A stretch of 64,000 nucleotides of DNA from Eledone cirrhosa (lineage: Eukaryota): NCBI GenBank assembly GCA_964016885.1, contig OZ024741.1, forward strand, positions 76,508,001 to 76,572,000. The letters run 5' to 3'. The notes under the pieces are model-generated. The model had not been told where the DNA came from and did no database searches. It saw nothing but the letters and a program-made list of their open reading frames with translations. A program made the translations under genes and the position numbers. Below, in pieces: positions 1-14,850 of the stretch (position 1 is its first letter; every line of letters begins with the position of its first letter).

Positions 1-906
1 ATCTAATACTGGATGTGGGTCATAGCCAGTATGAGATATCCAGTGCTGTATTCCTGTCGTCACGGATCTCAACTAGTCTCCCCCTACCCTTCACTCCTTT
101 ATATTATCTTGATGCTTCCTGTTTATTACAATAACCAACTAAACTTATATTCCTGCTGACACATACAAATTACTATTTTAACCATTCTAATAATTGTTTC
201 TACTTTTTGGCACAACGTCAGCAATTAACCAGTGCATTACTGGTACTTTATTTTATCGACCCCGTAAGGATGAAAGGCAAAGTTAACCTCGGCGAGATTC
301 GAACTCAGAATGGCAAGGGCCGTAACTCTATCCGTCAAAGCATAGCGTCCGACCCTCTACCGATACTGCCAATCCAAATATCCCTGGCTTGTAATTATCA
401 ACTATAGTCAACTAAACAGTGCTTCGAGTCAATAGTTGGGGTACTCTATATTAAAAGTGGGAAACCCCTCGACTGCAAGCAAAATTAGATCCTTGCATTC
501 AATTTTAAAACTGACCACTGATGAAGTCCCTAAATATGATATGATTAAAAGATTCTCAAAGTGGGTGGACACCCCCACCCCCCGGGTGGGGTGTTGAGAA
601 TGTCCGGGGAACGCTGGGGCCTAAGGGGTGTGGGGTGGTAGAAATTATATAATAGTACATTAAATGATACACACTATATAATAATAGTAAAATAAAAAAT
701 ATATATTTATTTACACATAGTATGTTATATTATTTATCTATATATAATATAAAAGATGTTCATTGGTTGATTGGTTGGTTTAATCACACGAAAACTACAC
801 ACACACACACACACATTATCTCCAGAGATTCTGGACTTGGCAATGGCAATGAACGACAGACCCACGTAGAGATCAATTGTTCAGTCGATTTCGGCTGATG
901 ATGATA

Positions 907-940
<34 letters not shown>

Positions 941-1866
941 ATCTTAACCATATCAATTTGCTTCAATTACGAGACTCAGTAAAGACAGCATCACAATCGC
1001 ATCTAATTTTTTACTTCTACTATCTCATCCGAAATATCTGTTATCTCAATGCATTCCGAGTTCAAATACCGCCTCCTTTAACCGGGAAAATGGCGACATC
1101 ATAGAACTGAGGCCTCTATAATTAAAACAACCAAGGTACCATCCTATGGGATGCAGCCTCATAAAAGATGTAAGCCGTAACACGCAGCAGTTGCTGTTTC
1201 TTTCCACTTATAATTGTGGTTGCGGCTCATACCTGCGTAAGTTTAACCAGACTTGCCAACTCTTTCTGTCCGACGGGGAGATCTCACACCCATTTTGGGA
1301 TGGGTGAGAAATGTCTTCTCTTGTGAGAGTATAACTTTCATTATAGCCCCCCATTTTCCCCCCATTTCTTCCCGTTTTGGGGCACTCTTTTTCATGTTAC
1401 TACCCGTTTTGGTTTTTAGAGGTTAACAGGTTTGGTTTACGAGATTGCATCTCACAGTCGGTTTCTTGGGCGTTCTAATGATAGGTGCGGAATGTGTGAC
1501 TAATGAGCATTGACAATTAGATAAATAGTTGTTTGGTTATTTAACCAACCAGTGAATGGATTACCTGATTAATAACTAAAAAAAAATTTAAACAATGAAG
1601 TGAAACTCGCTGGTGCATGTTTTTATTGGCAGCATCACCCAAACTATAATGATCTGTTTTAACACACAGTTTAACATAAAGAATCTTGCAAAAACAAATA
1701 CAGAAACGAAGTATCTCCCACCCACCCCCTCTCTGTCCATACACACGAGGTTTCGGGTTTGCTAACACTGCATGATATCTTGGGCAGGTGACTTTTATTT
1801 TAGTTTCGGGTTGACCAATGCTCGTGAAGAAATTTGTTAGATGAAAACTACAGGAGCCCCTCGTGA

Positions 1867-1988
<122 letters not shown>

Positions 1989-2342
1989 ATACTTTAGGAA
2001 GGTCATACTACCAATAAAAACACACACACCTGTTGGTTTTCACTTCAATTTATTACTAAATGGTTGGTTTAATACCCGGATGGTTGTTTATATATTGTCA
2101 AAGCTCTTTCATCAAACATTCAGTGAACACCTCAGTGACTTATTTATTATTTTGCGTCTCTCCTTTGTTTTGTCGTACACCATCTTGTTTTTGTATGACG
2201 AAAGAACTTTCACAATATATAAACAACCAACCGGTTATTAAACCAACCAGCCAACCAGAAATCTCTATATATGAAATGGTTGGTTGAATCACACGAAAAC
2301 TACACCCACACACAAACATATATATATATACATATGCACACA

Positions 2343-3694
<1,352 letters not shown>

Positions 3695-4499
3695 TAATAT
3701 ATAAATTAACGGTTTTATTTATCATATACTATTTACAACACACGCACACATAAAACGTACACACTCACGCACATTCAAACAAATTAAAAAGTCACATACA
3801 CACACGGACACATACACACACCAGTGTGTACACACCAATAAGACTCGGAGACACGCACGTGTACAAAAACACACACACTGACATAAGCAATAATGTACAC
3901 CTATCGATTTCACCCCATCGACACACACACAGCTACATCCATGGACACTCCACCTCGATCCCCACTCTCTTAACCTTTCCCAAACTCTCATGAGAGTTTG
4001 GGAAAGGTTAAGAGAGTGCCTACCTGTTCTCTCTCTCCGAAATTTCTTTTTGCTCACGAAGGACTTCCGTCCGAAGCACCGAACACTCTTTTACTTCCTC
4101 TTAAGAGTGATCCTAATAAGACTGTGTCTTTGCAACCCTGTATTTGTGTTATTTCTTCAACTATATTCAATTGTCCGCCGATATTCGCGGGAGTTACGTT
4201 CCTAGAGCACCCGGAAGTGTGAAAACCCGCGAATATTGGACGTGGTGCATAAAAATGCCTACAAACGTCAAAATATAACGTAAAATATAATAAAAGAAAG
4301 GAAGCAACTTATGCGAAGGGGCGTCTAATAGGCCGGCAAATACGGTATATTGCTATTAATAATTTAGCGTTAAAAAAATATATGTTGCCACATAAAAGCC
4401 ATAAAAAATCGCGGAAGATATTTACGATTCCGTGAATAGACTAAAAACCAAAGAGGGTTCGATAAGGATAAATATATATCAAATATATAAGAACCCTAG

Positions 4500-4566
<67 letters not shown>

Positions 4567-4820
4567 AATGTAGAAAAGTGACGCACGAGTTGATATATAT
4601 AAACAAAAAAAAACAAAACATTTATTCATAAAGTAGGGATTTCCGCATTTAATCATGTGCCGGTTTCAGCTTTATATGCTTTTTCAACGACGGAAGTGTA
4701 TAGTGCAGTTAGATTGCATATTTATACGAATAATAATAAAATGGAGTTTTAAAAATTTTAGTTTTTACATACATATTTAGAGAGGAAAGTTCATATATTT
4801 GTCCGAGGCTTTCTTTCGTT

Positions 4821-4887
<67 letters not shown>

Positions 4888-5169
4888 AGGGTATAAAGAC
4901 ACGCCTTCGGTCATTAATCACCATGGGATTTGCATCTAGAAAGTTCCCCTCCTAGGCAAGGTTGTTTATGGAAAATCAGCAGTCGCCCATGCATACAAAT
5001 TTCCCCTCTCCACGCCACCGGTGTTGTCCAAGGGCACCGGTTTGGCACCAGTGACGTTGTGAACTAGAACAATGTGAAATAAAGTGCCTTGCTCAAGAAC
5101 ACACAACCTCATGATTGAATGTCCGACGCTCTAACCACTAAGCCATGTGCCTTCATTATATATATATAA

Positions 5170-5377
5170 TCAATGAATGCAACAACACCAAAAACTTAAC
5201 TAACTGCATAATAGGCAGTATAGATGTAGTATCACTGTACCCATCCATTAACATTTATTTTGCTGTGGAAAAATGTGTGGAAATAATCAATGAGAGCGAA
5301 GTGGAGTTCTGTGACGTCGACACAGATGAACTGGGCCTCCTACTTAGACTTACTTATGACACCGAATACTTAGATAA
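5170..5377 (+). mobile_element. Penelope-like reverse transcriptase fragment, interrupted by the Chapaev insertion
   Basis: IIGSIDVVSLYPSI is a PLE RT motif. Confidence 0.7.
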
Positions 5378-7158
5378 CACCGTGTAACATATTTTATGTT
5401 CTCCGGTTCTAAGTGTCACTTCCTGGTTTGTTATATCCCATTATTATGAAACAACACTATTATTTAATCAGAAGTTTGGGTTTGTGGTCAGGAGTTTGAT
5501 ATTTCGAAATTTTCATATTTTTCAAGAAAAAACACATTTTTTTTTTAATTTATCAGTTCATATAATTAAATCAACAGAGTATATATTTACTTTATTACAC
5601 AAGCTAATCAAAAGCAAACAAGTAAAAACAAATAACACTTATAAAGCAACTTATACACGTCAGAAAGGACTGGATTTCCTGGATTTGCGGTTATAGTCCA
5701 CGTCGCATTCCCGCACTAGCCCCCAGATATAGTCCCCCATCATTTTTTCATTGTAGTGGCCCTAGTACCTCCGCTCTATCTCTTTCACATCTTGGTGGAA
5801 TCGTTCGCCTTGTTCTTCTGAGTAGGCGCCCATATTGTCGTTGAATTTTTCCAGGTGAGCGTCCAACATATGGAGTTTAAGCGACATCCAGCATCCCATG
5901 GCGCCAAAAGCCTTTATCAGATCCTGCACCAGTTGCTAGTAGTTTTCTGCTCTGTAGTTGCCCAGGAAGCCCTTAACAACTGCCTTGAAACAGTTACATG
6001 CTGTTCTCTCAATCCTATTGAGCTTATTGGAGAACTCGGTAGACTCAAACACCTTCTTTATCTGAGGTCCAACAAAAATTCCACCTTTGATTTTGGCCTC
6101 AGATAACTCGGGGAAGAACTCAAGAAGGTACTTAAAAAGCGCCTGATTCTTGGTTGAGAGCCTTCACAAACTGCTTCATCAATCCCAACTTAATGTGCAG
6201 TGGCGGCATGAGCACAATCCTGGGATCAACCAGTGGCTCCCACATGACGTTCCGGGTCCCAACTACAAATTCTGTTCGCTGCTCCCAGTTCTTTCTTTTG
6301 TAGTGGTCAGAGGTGGCTCTGCTGTTCCAAAGGCAGAGGAAGCATTGGAATTTGATAAAGCCTCCTTGGAGTCCAAGCAGGGAAGCTACCATCTTCAAGT
6401 CACCAATGATTACTCAATTGTACTGGTTGTATTGCAGAGCTTCCAAGAGGACTTTCACACTGTAGTAATCATCCTTTAGGCAGACTGAATGAGCTAGGAG
6501 CAGTGTCGGGAACTTGTTTCCATTGTGGAGGAGGACAGCCTTCAAACTTGTGGTGGAGCTGTCTATAAATAGCCGCCACTCCTTGGGCACAAACGGCACC
6601 CCAATAACGTCAAACAGTCCAGGCACATCATGGCAGAAGCAGAGGCCATCCCTAAGAGTCTAAAAGCCTGAGAAAGGTTCGTACCGACTTCTCTGACTTG
6701 ACACCTGCACTTCCTCCTTGACCAAGTTCCACTGCCTCATCCTGGAGACGAATAGCTCTGCATTGGACTTGGTCAGACCCATATCCCAGACTTCTTTTTG
6801 GTTTGGGAAGTGAGGAACTTTTTCTGGTACCCCAGTATCAATAAATCTCTTGAATCCACTTTTTAACAATTTTATACTTTATTGCACTTTTATAATTTTC
6901 TTTAGGTATTACTCTTTATTTTATAATTTTAATTTAACCTGAAACATATAAAAAAAATCATTTAACATAAGCAAATTAAACTTACATACAACGTAAAATC
7001 CAGCATACAAAATATTCTAGTGAATATCTTAGAATTTTTACAAACCCAAACTTTTAACTGTTTAATAGCACTTTTTTTTATTTATTTGGGACCTAAGCAA
7101 CACAAAAAAGTGATTACAAGCCAGGAACAGAGAAAAAAAAAATTTTTGTTACACGGTG
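5378..7158 (-). mobile_element. Chapaev3 (CMC superfamily) DNA transposon with a disrupted transposase
   Basis: TIRs CACCGTGTAACA/TGTTACACGGTG and a 3-bp TAA TSD. ORF pieces EWRLFIDSS..SLKAVLLHNGN, CFLCLW, PPLHIKLGLMKQFVKAL and EQGERFHQD are broken by stops and frameshifts. Confidence 0.85.
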
Positions 7159-7363
7159 TAATCATGACGGTAGCTGTTTCTGCCCCAGTTGACCTAAACA
7201 TTGATTGCAAAATAAATTAACTATGGAAATATAAAAGATTCAGAAGCGAAAACCAACCAAATAGTGAGTGCGTTCTGTTATTATTTCTGGCAATATTATT
7301 ACAATATGACCCTCCCCAAGTATAACAATATATATATATATATACATATGTACATATATATAT

Positions 7364-7514
<151 letters not shown>

Positions 7515-7701
7515 CACAATATATACAATATATACACATATATATACATATACTAATAATAAAAAGGACGAGAAAAAGTCTTCATTAGGTTTATTGAGTA
7601 GTGATGCGCGTTTCGCCATTGATCAACTTAAGGTTTGATCTGTATCGATCTGGCTCGAAACTGGAATCAAAAGCTCGTCGGACTTCTGTCATTACCATAA
7701 C

Positions 7702-7782
7702 AGAAGTCCGACGAGCTTTTGATTCCTGTGTCGGGCCAGATCGAACCTTGAGCTGATCAATAGCGAAATGCGCGTTACTTCT
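7702..7782 (+). ncRNA. Hammerhead motif with a CCGACGA core; mirror copy at 7597-7687(-)
   Basis: AGAAGT-CCGACGA-GCTTTTGATT...GATCAATAGC-GAAA-TGCGCG-TT-ACTTCT. Confidence 0.6.
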
Positions 7783-7936
7783 CAATAAACGTAATGAAGA
7801 CCTAACAATATCGTCCTTTTTATTATTAGTATTACACTCTGCTTAGTACCACACCTCTATACTTACACTTACTGGGAACTACGCATCGAGTGCTCACTCT
7901 GGTGAACCTAGAATAACTGAACGTTACAATCCCTAA

Positions 7937-8009
<73 letters not shown>

Positions 8010-8265
8010 CGCATGTGTGTATATATATACATACTACTGTACGTCTGTATAGATATATGTATGTACGTATACATAGATACATACTTACATTTAAGTGCCG
8101 TACTAAGAGTGAGAAATGAAATTTCGTTTCATTCTATTCCATTTATCGTTTTCGGTGTGCCCGGCCGACTGAACTCACTCGATATGCAAATTAGGCTGCT
8201 CAGCCGTTAATATACATAAGGAAAGTATATACTTTCAGACGTTCAACCATCTGGCAGGAAGGTAT

Positions 8266-8308
8266 ATGATGCTGACGATAGCTAATAAGCTTGAAACTAG
8301 TACATCGT
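8266..8308 (+). ncRNA. Minimal type-I hammerhead ribozyme motif (GUA site)
   Basis: ATGATG-CTGACGA-TAGCT aata AGCTT-GAAA-CTAG-TA-CATCGT. Stem I, core, stem II and a palindromic stem III (ACTAGT) are all present. Confidence 0.75.
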
Positions 8309-9327
8309 TCCTGTGTCAGTGTTGAACAAAAAGGTGACGTGGTTGCCTAAACACTATACGGCGTAATTCGGACTGTTTGTTTGTTTACAAACAAACAAAC
8401 CGAGCATTATAATAAATGTTCGGCAAACCGATACGTGCATATATATGTGTGTATATATATACATACTACTGTACGTCTGTATACATATATGTATGTACGT
8501 ATACATACATACATACTTACATTTATATATATAGTATAAAGAAAACGAAAAATCAGTGATGCATCTGGACTTAATTTATTGCGTGTTACAATTGTTTCTC
8601 CGGCGGGTAGCTCGAGTCGTGGTCCTTGTATGGATCTGGCTGATTCTACTTCTGCGGGTTCATTCAGACACGAGTATTTCGTTTGGAGCAAATTTTATCA
8701 CTGGGGTGTTATCATAAAAAAACACCCTAAAAAAAACCCTACTTCCACTCTTGTCATGCCATTGACTGTTTTTACTCCACGTCATCACAAGTTCTGGTCA
8801 GTATCTACTGCCGCACGGGTCATCAAAAAACACATATATGTATGTATGTAGGGGTGTGTGTGTCTGCGCATGTAGACGTAGATGTGTGTATGCATAAGTC
8901 TGTCGGTGTCTGCATGTGTGTGTGTATATTAGTATGTGTGGGTGCTTACTCTGAAGTATGAACAGACGTGATGCTGAACCCAGCATGACTCCATCGAAAT
9001 GTGTCGGACGGAAAATGGCTGATGACCCGTGTGGCAGTAGATACTGACCAGAACTTGTGATGACGTGGAGTAAAAACAGTCAATGGCATGACAAGAGTGG
9101 AAGTAGGGTTTTTTTAGGGTGTTTTTTTATGATAACACCCCAGTGATAAAATTTGCTCCAAACGAAATACTCGTGTCTGAATGAACCTGCAGAAGTAGAA
9201 TCAGCCAGATCCATACAAGGACCATGTCTCGAGCTACCCGCCGGAGAAACAATTGTAATTATACTCTACTCTGATGAATATCGAGTGCTCGCCTATGGAA
9301 GCACCTTTTAGCTACCATTATACACAA

Positions 9328-9392
<65 letters not shown>

Positions 9393-9688
9393 AGAGTTAA
9401 ACAAGATTCAATGAATACATCAAAGAATGAGTTTTACAATAGATTGGAAGCACTCTACAAGAAAAATGTTTTCCAGAGTTATTAATATTAATTCAAAATA
9501 TTAACAAAATAGATATTCTTGTGATCAATTATATTTTATTATACATATTTCAGAGGTACTGAATTAAGTTCAACAGTACGTCCTCATCAGATAAAATAAA
9601 ATGATACATGACATACCCTTGATTAAATCTTACTACCTTGATTAAATCTTAACCATCTACCAAGTCAGGGTATGTCATGAATCATTTT

Positions 9689-9753
9689 ATTTTATCTGAT
9701 GAGGACGTACTGTTGAACTTAATTCAGTACCTCTGAAATATGTATAATAAAAT
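9689..9753 (+). ncRNA. Hammerhead motif (AUA site); mirror copy at 9533-9597(-)
   Basis: ATTTTAT-CTGATGA-GGACGTACTG..CAGTACCTCT-GAAA-TATGTA-TA-ATAAAAT. Confidence 0.7.
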
Positions 9754-10049
9754 ATAATTGATCACAAGAATATCTATTTTGTTAATATTTTTAATTAATA
9801 TATATATAGAGAGAGGGGGGGGCAGACAGACAGGGGTTTTGTTTTTCGAATAAAAAGGTGGCAGTATCATCAAGGTTTCGACTTTACTGAGCCTCTTGAG
9901 CCTACTATCTAACTTTCAGTTATAGGTAGGTGGACCTTATAATTTGTGAGTATATTATTGTTTATGTATAAGGAGAGGTTTTCACTTAAATGGTTTTGAT
10001 GTCCTCCTTAGTTATTTACATAGGGTAATTGAATGTCTGTGCGTGTGGA

Positions 10050-10129
<80 letters not shown>

Positions 10130-10399
10130 TTGTTTTACTATTCTAAGTTCTTAGTTAAGCTATTTGGCTGCGGCCAATTACGTATCAAGGAAACCATTAG
10201 ATTATTTACATTCAGTAGCAATTTGAGATTTGGCTTTGAATTGGCTTCGCGGGTCTGAGAAAAGTACCAAATTGGTGACGGGTGAGAATAAAACCATCAA
10301 AACTGCAATATGGTTTGGTGCAATAACAATATTACCGCAGGGTAAGAAAGGACGCGCTCAGGCTTTACGTAGAGGGGCCTGCTCGGAAAATATATCACA

Positions 10400-10636
10400 G
10401 TCAACATCCGATGCTGCGATAGGCCTATACAGCGAGGCGTGGGATGGATGCACAAAAGTTACGTATCCCGTCCCCAGACACAAAATGGGTTTCAGGAAGG
10501 ATCAACTCTTAACAATTGGCATCTCCTTACAGGTAAGGAGCAGGAACTAGTGGATGAGGAAAGATGTTACGGGGTAGATATAATCGGGGTTTCTTCAAAA
10601 AAATTCTGTGGCTCTGGGGATGGTGAAAGGTTTTAA
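10400..10636 (+). mobile_element. RTE-type LINE 5' remnant (start of the APE endonuclease)
   Basis: LTGKEQELVDE..YGVDIIGVSS...GSG resembles the RTE/Expander endonuclease N-terminus. Confidence 0.6.
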
Positions 10637-10658
10637 TTTAAATATGAACATTTCAAAA

Positions 10659-10714
<56 letters not shown>

Positions 10715-10864
10715 GGATGACGTAGGGAGGAGGTGGGGAGAATGAGGAGGAGAGGAGGAGGCGACGGCTTTGAAGTGAAACTCTGGAGAATTTGTTAATT
10801 GATTTTACAGGTTGGTGGGTGGTTGCCATTTTTTTCATATAGAGAGAAAGAATGATGGAGTAGA

Positions 10865-10980
<116 letters not shown>

Positions 10981-12109
10981 AGGAGGTGGTTTATTATTAC
11001 AAACGAAGAATTTCTTTTAGCTAGATTAAATTTTTTTTTTTTCTCTTTTTTAGTATATTAGTGAGTGGTCATAAAGAAGGATTAAAAACTACAGATAGTG
11101 TTTGTCTATTATAAACAGTCAAGCAGAAAGATTTATATTTTGGTTACAAGGAAAAAAGATATTCTACGCTGCTGTCCTTATTATTTTTTATCTATCTATA
11201 GGTTGGGATGGAGTTTGGGTGTTAAGCATACTAAAACTTACTTTAGAATTACAAAACTACCACAGCCAAAATTTTCTATGGACATACATTCATAGATATA
11301 TGTATACATGCAATCATGTATGCATACATGCATACATACACACAAAAACACACACATACACGCGCGTGCACACACACACACACACACACACACATGACGC
11401 AGAGTGCACCTAAATCCGTTATTAGTAAACGGCTGCGCGTGGGTAATGATAGTTGTATACAATAATTGTTTCTACTTTTGGCACAAGGCCAGCAAAAAAC
11501 CCAGTGCATTACTGGTACTTTATTTTATCGACCCCGTAAGGCAAAGTCAACCTCGGCGGGATTTGAACTCAGATCGTTAAGGGACGTAACTATGCTGGAA
11601 AGCATGGCATCCAACCCTCTACCGATACTGCCAATCCACCGATGGTATATTGAGATATATTAATTGGGAAACTAACCAGGCTTTAATACATATATACATA
11701 TAGAAACAAATACAATTTAAGGTGTTAAATAAAAACATTACTGACATAAGGATTAAGTTATATTAGATAGCCGAACTTCCAAATATTACCACCCAATCAT
11801 AGACAGATGGTTTCTGAGAATCAGAAAATATTGAATGTTCACCATCGTATTTGGAAGTACGGCCATTTAAGTATAACTTAACCGTTGTGTGAGCAATGTT
11901 TTTATTTAACACCTTAAATTATATTTGTTTTTATAAGTATATATGTATTAAAGCCTGGTTAATTTCTCAATTGATACATCTATATATCGTTTAAAAATAT
12001 TTTATATTGTGGATGTTCTCAACAAAAATTTATTGAGCTTTTACTGAGAAACATTATCTATACATATTTTATATGTATTGATTAAACCAAAAATTAAGTG
12101 TATGTATAT

Positions 12110-12259
<150 letters not shown>

Positions 12260-12708
12260 GCATATATATTTATTAAAATAACAGATTAAAGTTTAAGCAA
12301 AGAATCGCTGCTTTCACCCTTAACTTTCACCCTTCTCAATATTTGCTCTACGGTTTTTATATACTTTTATGTATATTATCCTTATCGAGCCCTTTTCGGA
12401 TTTTAGTCTTCACATTTATTATTATTACTATATATATATATAGTGGTAAAAAACCGGGAGGTGATATTCGTAGTGAGTAGAGCACTCAGTCCAGAGGACG
12501 AGTTCGGTATAGAGTTAGTTCCACAAGTTAGCGAACCATACTCCGATGATTTGATCAGAGGTAAACACTGTATTTAAGGTCGAGTGACGCAACTTCGAGT
12601 GATTAGCGGCCTTTAGACTCACCTGATCAATGAAACAATTGTTAATACTAAAAATAAAACCCTTTTTGTACAGCCGACCATGTTATTCATCAATCTTTCA
12701 CTATATAT

Positions 12709-12756
<48 letters not shown>

Positions 12757-13171
12757 AGGATTTAGCTTCATGCATAGCTGTATACAGATGTGTATTGGAA
12801 TTTCCCATCTCTAAAGAAATACGGTATGTTTCTGCATAAATATTTAGAAAGCCGTAGCTATGCAAAACACCGGGGATATCGCCCTCTGGTGGTGTCCAGC
12901 AGAAGCAAGGGGGACATCGTCAATGCATTTCGAACTTAACTGGTTCTCAGGACGATCCCTCCAGCTCTTGCAACTGCTGGACTTGAAAACAGGCAAGAAT
13001 ATATGGTTTTCTCGTCTGAGGTGAAACTAAATTCTAATTCTATTCTATTATAAGTTGAGCCAACTTAGGCAGCTTCATATGCAAATAAGATTAATCACCT
13101 CATTTACACAGACGAGAAAACCATATATTCTCGCCTGTTTTCAAGTCCAGCAGTCACAAGCAGTGGGAGGG

Positions 13172-13215
13172 ACCGTCCTGATGAGAACCAGTTAAGTTCG
13201 AAATACATGGACGAT
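13172..13215 (+). ncRNA. Hammerhead motif, mutated at the cleavage site; mirror copy at 12916-12956(-) has a 3-nt core deletion
   Basis: CGTC-CTGATGA-GAAC cagttaa GTTC-GAAA-TACA-TG-GACG. The mirror copy reads ATCGTC-CTGA-GAAC..GTTC-GAAA-TGCA-TT-GACGAT. Confidence 0.6.
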
Positions 13216-13459
13216 GTCCCCCTTGCTTCTGCTGGACACCACCAGAGGGCGATAGCCCCGGTGTTTTGCATAGCTACGACTTTCTAAATGTTTATCCATA
13301 AACATAACCGTATTTCTTTAGAAATACGAAATTCCATATATCTATATATATATATATATATTAATACTCAGATTAAAATATTTGCCCTATGGGTTTTCAG
13401 AAGATCCCGTTAAGGGTGAAAGCAGCGATTCTTTGCTTAAACTTTAATCTGTTATTTTA

Positions 13460-13514
<55 letters not shown>

Positions 13515-14050
13515 GCACACAAAATTATCCATGTATGTATAAATATTTATGGTAAAACACACCGTATAGTTGAAGAGTATAAGGTACAATTAATGTAGAT
13601 ATAGCTACCATTTTAAATTAGAATCCTTTACTGGATGAGTGAAGTGTAAACATTTTCAACTATTGACCCGTACAGAAAAATATGATATTATCCGTATATG
13701 TCTTTCAATCATATTTGTGTCCTCGTCGGGGTATAACGATCCATATGATTCTGTATACGTGGGTACATTGCTACAGCAATGCTATATATGCCATGAAATG
13801 GGACATACGTGTTTTTAACATATTTAAAAAAAACACTTACTAGGAAATCTAATACAATATTTTTAGTTTACTGTTTCAAGTAAAGGTTAAAGCTTCACTT
13901 TATAACGGAGACAGTCTACTTCAATTTCATAACCTGAAAGGGCCTCATAAATGATAAATGAAATCTTATAAATTCCTATAATAAAGGTAAAATCTATGTT
14001 GACAGGATTCAAACTCATAACTAGGTAATAGATAAAGAAAATCGAAAGCT

Positions 14051-14122
14051 AGCCAGTGTGTGAATCGAACCTACGATAATTGCGTTATTAGCATGATGCT
14101 CTAATCAACTCGGCTAACTAAA
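14051..14122 (-). pseudogene. Degenerate tRNA-Ile(AAT)-like sequence
   Basis: Reverse complement GTTAGCCGAGTTGATTAGAGCATCATGCTAATAACGCA...GGTTCGATTC. The stems are imperfect. Confidence 0.55.
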
Positions 14123-14850
14123 TCTTCATTGTTTTGACATTAGAAATTAAGTAGATCACTCTCTCGCTCACTCTCCCACTCCCCCTATCTCTCTCTCTCT
14201 CTCTCTCTCTCCTACCATTTGACATATTCCTTGTAGTTGGAGTTGGTTTTATTTAACATATCATGTGAAGACGTACGAGATATAAAATAGTCAATGGTGG
14301 TAGTAGTGGAGGTGGTGGGATAGTAGTAGTAGTGGTAGTGGTGGTAGTTATTATGGTGATGATACCCAGTGGGGTATCAACGGGGGGTTAGTGCTAGCAG
14401 GGGCTGCATTTAAACAATGTGTTCTTTTTATGACAATAAATTGGGATTTGAGGACGATATGGATACTATTTCTAGCAGGTGAAGAAGTGACCACATAGAT
14501 ACGCCACTCATTGGCTTCCAGTAGCATAGAGAGAAATGGGAGTAACAGTATGGGGCTGTGGTATGGAAAAGGACGGGCTGAGGTGAAAGATGAGAGCTTT
14601 TTCATTCTAATCATTCCTAGTAATTAGCAGTGTGTGTGTCGCTGTGTGTATAGTTATGTGTGTGCGCATGTTTGTGTTAGGGTGTGGTAGAGGGATTTCC
14701 TCACTCTTGTCTTCTCACTTTCTCCTCCCTAAATAATTCGTCAATGTGACAGGCTCCCAGCATGCTCCACTCGTCATATGATCTTCCCGCCCTACAAATA
14801 TATTACTCTGTCGTTCTGATATTCTTATAGAATGTGACAGACCGGTTAAG

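Noticed and set aside
207-407. Recurrent ORF motif LLVLYFIDPVRMKGKVNLG
   Set aside because: It is the antisense reading of the SINE core and not a protein domain.
11655-11985. Inverted repeat as another double-ribozyme element
   Set aside because: The arms are real but no hammerhead core could be read. It is left as an unclassified fold-back repeat.
14351-14614. 87-aa minus-strand ORF as a gene
   Set aside because: It has no recognisable motif or splice support and is flanked by simple repeats.
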